A stretch of 63,201 bases of DNA, the filler included, from Mycoplasmatota bacterium (GTDB lineage Bacteria; Bacillota_I; Bacilli_A; RF39; UBA660): the NCBI GenBank assembly GCA_012727915.1. It is 5 parts of 5 records of this genome, joined end to end, with 100 filler letters (N's around TTAATTAATTAA, not from the genome) between each part and the next. Parts side by side here need not be neighbours in the genome. Positions count along the whole stretch, not along the records: positions 55,014 to 61,112 come from JAAYGD010000045.1; positions 61,213 to 63,201 come from JAAYGD010000049.1; 3 more parts are not named here. One strand, written 5' to 3'. Within the stretch, counting starts at the first letter, position 1. Each line of letters starts with the position of its first letter. This document shows, one piece after another, positions 58,829-63,201 of the stretch. The notes under the pieces are model-generated. The model was not told where the DNA came from. It searched no databases and saw nothing but the letters and a program-made list of their open reading frames with translations. The translations under genes and the position numbers were made by a program.

Positions 58829-59149
58829 ATGAGCAAACCAGAGATACCAAACTTAAGAACATGGCCACGTAATTTAAGTAAAAGTCAATATGGAGGATTA
58901 TCTACCTCTCAATATGGAGGACTATCTACTTCTCAATATGGAGGACTATCTACTTCTCAATACGGTGGGTTATCTACATCACCAGGAGGAGGAATGTCTA
59001 CTTCTTCTTCAAACAGCTATAAAAGTAATATTCTCCCTTGGCCTTACTTCGTTAGAGAACTGGAGAAGAGAGGATATGATTGGGCATCAGTAATGATTAG
59101 GCAGTATTTACCTGAATTTTTATGGCCCGAAAATTTCTTTAATCAGTAA
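58829..59149 (+). CDS. Small Gly/Ser-rich octapeptide-repeat protein
   Basis: (SQYGGLST)x4 + SPGGGMST; AAAGGAG RBS; non-repetitive flanks TWPRNL and SNILPWPYFVRELEKRG. Confidence 0.8.
   Translation: MSKPEIPNLRTWPRNLSKSQYGGLSTSQYGGLSTSQYGGLSTSQYGGLSTSPGGGMSTSSSNSYKSNILPWPYFVRELEKRGYDWASVMIRQYLPEFLWPENFFNQ
58883..59002 (+). repeat. 24-nt in-frame tandem repeat, 5 units
   Basis: Units 1-4 differ only at synonymous positions (AGT/TCT, TAT/TAC, GGA/GGT/GGG, TTA/CTA, ACC/ACT/ACA). Confidence 0.9.
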
Positions 59150-59239
59150 ATAATAAACTATATTCAAACAATGTAGAAGCTTCGGTACTTCCGTGCAATT
59201 TCATCAACTTAGTAAACCTATAAAACTTTCAAAGATAAT

Positions 59240-60349
59240 TTAAAGTTTTGTTACTTTTTCGTAATATACATCTCTTATACCATTAATCATATCAACAGCT
59301 TTATCCTCATCATTAGGCATCATATGAGAATAAGTATTAAGAGTCATATTGATATCAGAATGACCTAATCTTTGGCTAATAACTGTAATAGGAATACCTT
59401 TTGAAAGTAGTAGAGATGCATGACTATGTCTAAAGTCATGTATCCTTATTTTTTTAACATTTGCTATTTTACAATACTGTTCTTTCTTTCTACCGATTGT
59501 AGACGGCGCTATAGGTTCTATACCTCCAAATATAAACCAATCTGTATTAAATCCTTCAAAGGTTTGGAAGTAATCTAATAAATCTAATAATGTTTGATTT
59601 AGAGTGTCATCTATTTTAATTATTCTAATTGATTTTCTAGTCTTTGGATCAGTTATGCAATATTGACCATTGATTTGTTCTTTAGAAATAGTTTTATTAA
59701 CATCTAACTTATAATTGTAGAAATCTTTCCAAGTAAGTGCTAAAGCTTCTCCTTGTCTTAATCCCGTATAATATAATGTTTCAAAGAACGTTCTATATAT
59801 TTGATTATCAACCACCGATATAAATTTTAAATATTCTTCTAATGTCCAGAAATCAACCTTTTTAGTTAATTCTCTTTTCCTTGTGAAGTTACCTGTTTTA
59901 CTAGCTATGTTTTCACTTAAGTTATAAAATTTTATTCCATAATTTAGTATTGATACCATTGCTCCATGTAGATTACTATTATATTTAAATTTAAACCCTT
60001 TATCTTCTAGTTCTCTTTGCCAAGAAGTATAAAGTCTTGTAGTTATTTTATCTATTCGATATTCACCAAAGTAGGGGAGAATATAATTTGTAAATCTACT
60101 AGCCACAGACCTATATGACTGTGGCTTTAATTTTATATAGATGTGATCATTATAACTCTCCCATAGTTCTTTAAATGTTATATATTCTATGTTTTCTTTA
60201 TTTGAAGTAATAAATTCAACTTCAGCATTTAGTGCTTCTTTTTTAGTTTTAAACCCGCTTTTTTCAAATTGCTTTTTATTACCAAATGAATCTTCTGAAT
60301 AAACTCTAAACTTCCAAAGTTTACTTTTCTTATCCTGATATGTCGGCAT
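59240..60349 (-). CDS. int: Tyrosine recombinase/integrase
   Basis: Arm-binding N-terminus (SGFKTKKEA); TGLRQGEALAL, KT, HDFRHSHAS, RLGH and TYSH catalytic motifs. Confidence 0.95.
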   Translation of the reverse strand: MPTYQDKKSKLWKFRVYSEDSFGNKKQFEKSGFKTKKEALNAEVEFITSNKENIEYITFKELWESYNDHIYIKLKPQSYRSVASRFTNYILPYFGEYRIDKITTRLYTSWQRELEDKGFKFKYNSNLHGAMVSILNYGIKFYNLSENIASKTGNFTRKRELTKKVDFWTLEEYLKFISVVDNQIYRTFFETLYYTGLRQGEALALTWKDFYNYKLDVNKTISKEQINGQYCITDPKTRKSIRIIKIDDTLNQTLLDLLDYFQTFEGFNTDWFIFGGIEPIAPSTIGRKKEQYCKIANVKKIRIHDFRHSHASLLLSKGIPITVISQRLGHSDINMTLNTYSHMMPNDEDKAVDMINGIRDVYYEKVTKL

Positions 60350-60617
60350 CTGTATTCCTCTTATATTTTAAATTTATTTCATTGTTAGCCATCTCGATAA
60401 TATAATCTAAATCTAAATCTAAGTATTCAATTACTTTTCTTGTTGGTACTATTATTGTTTTACTAATTGGCAACCTTTTTCCACTTTCTTTAACCTCATT
60501 TTCAATTGTGTTTCTAATGGCAATAGCGCTATCTCTACCACAGTTAGCAATTAATTGTATTTCTTTAATTCCTACCCATGGTTTAGATAAAATTTTGAAT
60601 AATTCTGTATAAGACAA
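60330..60617 (-). CDS. Excisionase-like small DNA-binding protein
   Basis: 95 aa; overlaps the int start; WVGIKEIQLIANCGRDSA HTH-like segment and IIVPTRKVIEYL wing-like segment. Confidence 0.55.
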   Translation of the reverse strand: MSYTELFKILSKPWVGIKEIQLIANCGRDSAIAIRNTIENEVKESGKRLPISKTIIVPTRKVIEYLDLDLDYIIEMANNEINLKYKRNTDADISG

Positions 60618-60633
60618 ACCATCACTCCCTCCC

Positions 60634-60650
60634 TGGTGACTATATCACCA
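60634..60650. promoter_or_regulatory. Putative operator palindrome between xis-like and XRE genes
   Basis: TGGTGA-CTATA-TCACCA in the divergent promoter region. Confidence 0.45.
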
Positions 60651-60776
60651 ATTAAGGGTATAATAACATCGCTTGGAGAGTTTGTCAACACTTTCAAACA
60701 ACTTTGTTGTAAAAATCACCAAAAAGTATTGTAATGTTAAAATTTATGTGTTATCATTTCCTTAATGAGGTGATTT

Positions 60777-61112
60777 ATGAAAGGTTCTAAAAATGCTTTA
60801 GCAGAAGTTATTACCAATGCTAGAAGTAAAAAAGGGATATCTATGAGAGAACTAGCAAGACTATCGGGAATGGATCATGCAGAGATATCAAGAATAGAAA
60901 AAGGAACAAGATTAAAGCCTAATATTCTGTTTTTAAGGAGACTAGCGGAGAACTTAGATTTGAGCCTAGTAGACCTATTAAAGACTGCAGGGTATAGTGA
61001 AATAGATATCAGTTGGGGATCAGGTAGAGAAGATAATAAATCTATAGTAGATTTAAAAAAAGAATTAGAAGATATTCAAGTATTAAATAATAATTTAGAA
61101 TCATCTGTTTCA
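60777..61112 (+). CDS. XRE-family HTH repressor, 3' end cut by contig break
   Basis: ARSKKGISMRELARLSGMDHAEISRIEKG..PN..LRRLAENL. Confidence 0.9.
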
Positions 61113-61212
61113 NNNNNNNNNNNNNNNNNNNNNNNNNNNNNNNNNNNNNNNNNNNNTTAATTAATTAANNNNNNNNNNNNNNNNNNNNNNNNNNNNNNNN
61201 NNNNNNNNNNNN
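61113..61212. other. Artificial contig linker
   Basis: N44-TTAATTAATTAA-N44. Confidence 0.99.
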
Positions 61213-62263
61213 TATAACCATGCATTTTACCTGTAATAAGCATTTCTTTTTGAGCAGTATTCCAATAATCATCATGGGTTAAACCTTTTTCTAATGTTTT
61301 TAAATCATAAATATACTCTCTCTTATCATCCATATGATTTTCTAATGATTTTTTTGCCCAATTAGGAATACAGTTATAATTATCATAATTTTTATTAAAA
61401 TATATAAAGTTTATTGCAAGTTCTCTTCTTACTACTAATTCTTCAATATATTTTTCATTATTTACTTCTTTATAAATATATAAAGGTGATATTTGTCCAA
61501 AATGTAAATACGGCGACATATTTGATTGATAATCTAAAGAAGGATCATTATGTAATTCATCATATTTATTTATTTTACTTTCGACAAAAACAGATAAATG
61601 TTTTTTTGCTTGAGAAGTTCCTCCAATAAAATATTTACTTTTAGATACAGAGTTATCTTTAAGATATTTTTCCATATTATCAAAATTAAAATAATCATCA
61701 ATTTCTATACTATTTTCTATACTTTCATATACGAAATCTTTTATATATTTACTCAATTGCTTATTAATTTTATTTCTAATAGTTGCTGCACTATATTCTT
61801 CTTTATTTGATACTTCTTCTATTGGTACAATAACATTTGTTTCTATTTGAACAAAATTTATATTTATCTTTTTTGAAACATTATTTCTCCATTCAATCTC
61901 TTTTTTTAAATATCCTCTGTCAGTAACTAATAATACAGCATCTTTTGAAAGTTCTATGATACCCTCATCAGGATTTTTTAATTCAATAATCATTTTAACA
62001 TTTCTTAAATTTAATGAGCTTTTAACTTCTTTTAAACCTTCAATCATAAAAGAATAATGTCTATAATTGGCTTCCGGGAAATCATTTGTTATTACAAAAT
62101 AAACAATTAATGGCTTTTCTAATTCGTTTGCTCTTCTAATTGAATACTCTAATGCATGGTTATACTCAGATCTTTGACTTGCTTGCATCCAATATACAAC
62201 ATAATCTCCATTTATATTAATGGCTTTATTATTCAAGTATTTTATTCTTTCTTTATCAATCAA
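61213..62263 (-). CDS. phrB: Class II CPD photolyase, 3' end cut by contig break
   Basis: YVVYWMQASQRSEYNHAL, EYSAATIR, SNMSPYLHFGQISP, EELVVRRELA, THDDYWN, GKMHGY. Confidence 0.92.
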
Positions 62264-62325
62264 TTTATACCTCTTAATTGAAATATATTCGTTTGTAAAT
62301 ATTTACAAGCAAATAGTTTCAATAT

Positions 62326-63006
62326 TTATTTATTAGTTCTTTCACTAATTACTCCATCAACAATTTCATAAACTTTATTACAAAACTCTAACATTCTTTC
62401 ATCATGAGTTACCATTATAGTTGCTTTTTTTTGATCTTTTGTTTCTTTAGCTAATAATTTAACGACTTCAAAAGCTCTCTTTGTATCTAAACTCGCAGTT
62501 GGCTCATCAGCAAAAATAACAGACGGTTGATGATATAGTGCTTTGGCGATTGCTGAACGTTGTCTTTCTCCTCCTGATAATTCATTAGGATATTTATTTT
62601 TAAATTTTTCTACATCTAGTTTCAAAAACAATTCATCCATCCATTTTTGATTAACCTCAGAATTAGTAATTTTATTATATAAAACCATTTGTTCCTTTAT
62701 TGTTAAAAACGGAATTAAATTAGAAGACTGTAAAATAAAACCTATGTTTTCTAATCTAATTTTTGATTTTTCTTTTATATTTAAATCACTGAAAGGTTGA
62801 TCTTTCAATAATACTTCCCCAGTTGTTGGTTTTTGTAAACCTCCTAATATTGTTAGAAAAGTTGATTTTCCGGAACCAGAAGGTCCAATAATACCAATTA
62901 ATTCTCCTTCATACGCAACAAAGTTTGTTTTTTTAAGTGCATTAATTATGTTATCCCCTTGTAAAAAATCTTTAGTTACATTTTTCATCTCTATTAGTGG
63001 TTTCAT
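62326..63006 (-). CDS. ABC transporter ATP-binding protein (HrtA/LolD-like)
   Basis: GPSGSGKST, LSGGERQR, ADEPTASLD, VTHD. Confidence 0.92.
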   Translation of the reverse strand: MKPLIEMKNVTKDFLQGDNIINALKKTNFVAYEGELIGIIGPSGSGKSTFLTILGGLQKPTTGEVLLKDQPFSDLNIKEKSKIRLENIGFILQSSNLIPFLTIKEQMVLYNKITNSEVNQKWMDELFLKLDVEKFKNKYPNELSGGERQRSAIAKALYHQPSVIFADEPTASLDTKRAFEVVKLLAKETKDQKKATIMVTHDERMLEFCNKVYEIVDGVISERTNK

Positions 63007-63007
63007 T

Positions 63008-63201
63008 TTAACCTCCTATTGCTTTCAATGGATCAATTTTTAATACTGCTTTAACTGAGAATAAACCTCCGAAAAAGGAAAACAATATAAACGACAAAGT
63101 AATTATTATATAAAATAAAATATTAATCGCAAAAGGAATTACGTTAGAAAGGAATATCCCTGTTAAAATTGTGAAAAATAGACCAATAACAAGACCAATA
63201 A
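63008..63201 (-). CDS. ABC permease (FtsX/HrtB-like), 3' end only
   Basis: Hydrophobic frame ending SVKAVLKIDPLKAIGG, directly upstream of the ATPase. Confidence 0.8.
   Translation of the reverse strand, partial: IGLVIGLFFTILTGIFLSNVIPFAINILFYIIITLSFILFSFFGGLFSVKAVLKIDPLKAIGG

Larger units (their letters stand above)
55014..61112. mobile_element. End of a tRNA-targeting integrative element (genomic island, prophage-like or IME), incomplete
   Basis: tRNA 3' end, arm-type-like direct repeats, tyrosine integrase transcribed toward the tRNA, Xis-like gene, divergent XRE regulator. Confidence 0.7.

Noticed and set aside
58883..59002. 24-nt repeats as a CRISPR array
   Set aside because: The units are contiguous with no spacers, in frame, and vary at synonymous sites. 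No cas genes are present.
58890..59093. Alternative-frame ORF with MEDYLLLN repeats
   Set aside because: Shadow of the SQYGGLST repeat. Substitutions are synonymous only in the 58829 frame, which also has the RBS.
59240..60349. Integrase as the mobility module of the T4SS, making one large ICE
   Set aside because: It lies on a different contig with core genes in between in this concatenation. Nothing in the sequence links them.
1..63201. Mycoplasma-type genetic code (UGA = Trp) suggested by the low GC
   Set aside because: Conserved genes translate full-length in code 11, and TGA serves as a stop (for example the mrnC/rlmB ATGA overlap).

Overview
AT-rich bacterial DNA in genetic code 11, most consistent with a genome-reduced member of the Bacilli (RF39/Erysipelotrichales-like; the lineage is inferred, not shown). 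The window is five contigs joined by artificial 100-nt linkers (N44-TTAATTAATTAA-N44): 1-26547, 26648-44044, 44145-54913, 55014-61112 and 61213-63201. Adjacency across linkers means nothing. Contig 1 has housekeeping genes (asnS, rluB, uppP, rmuC, ferredoxin) next to an ~18.5-kb minus-strand locus. That locus joins a Tad pilus module (CpaB, TadA, TadB, TadC, an unannotated 54-aa Flp-like pilin, a pseudopilin, TadZ-like) to a Gram-positive type IV secretion module (VirB2-like, VirB6-like, PrgI/VirB3-like, TrsD-like, VirB4, M23+NlpC/P60 hydrolase, lipoprotein, VirD4), followed by two type IV prepilins. No relaxase, integrase or replication gene is visible in it. This apparently domesticated Tad-T4SS hybrid is the main candidate novel system. 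Contig 2 is a compressed core block (mfd, T-box metG, tatD, rsmA, spoVG, divIC, mrnC, rlmB, sigH, secE, nusG, rplKAJL, rpoB, start of rpoC). Contig 3 has a heterodimeric ABC exporter, pyrG, lipoproteins and an orphan coiled-coil protein. Contig 4 is the end of an integrative element at tRNA-Pro (integrase, Xis-like, XRE, secreted-protein/ABC cargo, a SQYGGLST-repeat protein). Contig 5 has a class II photolyase and an ABC transporter. All family assignments come from reading motifs by eye; no searches were run.
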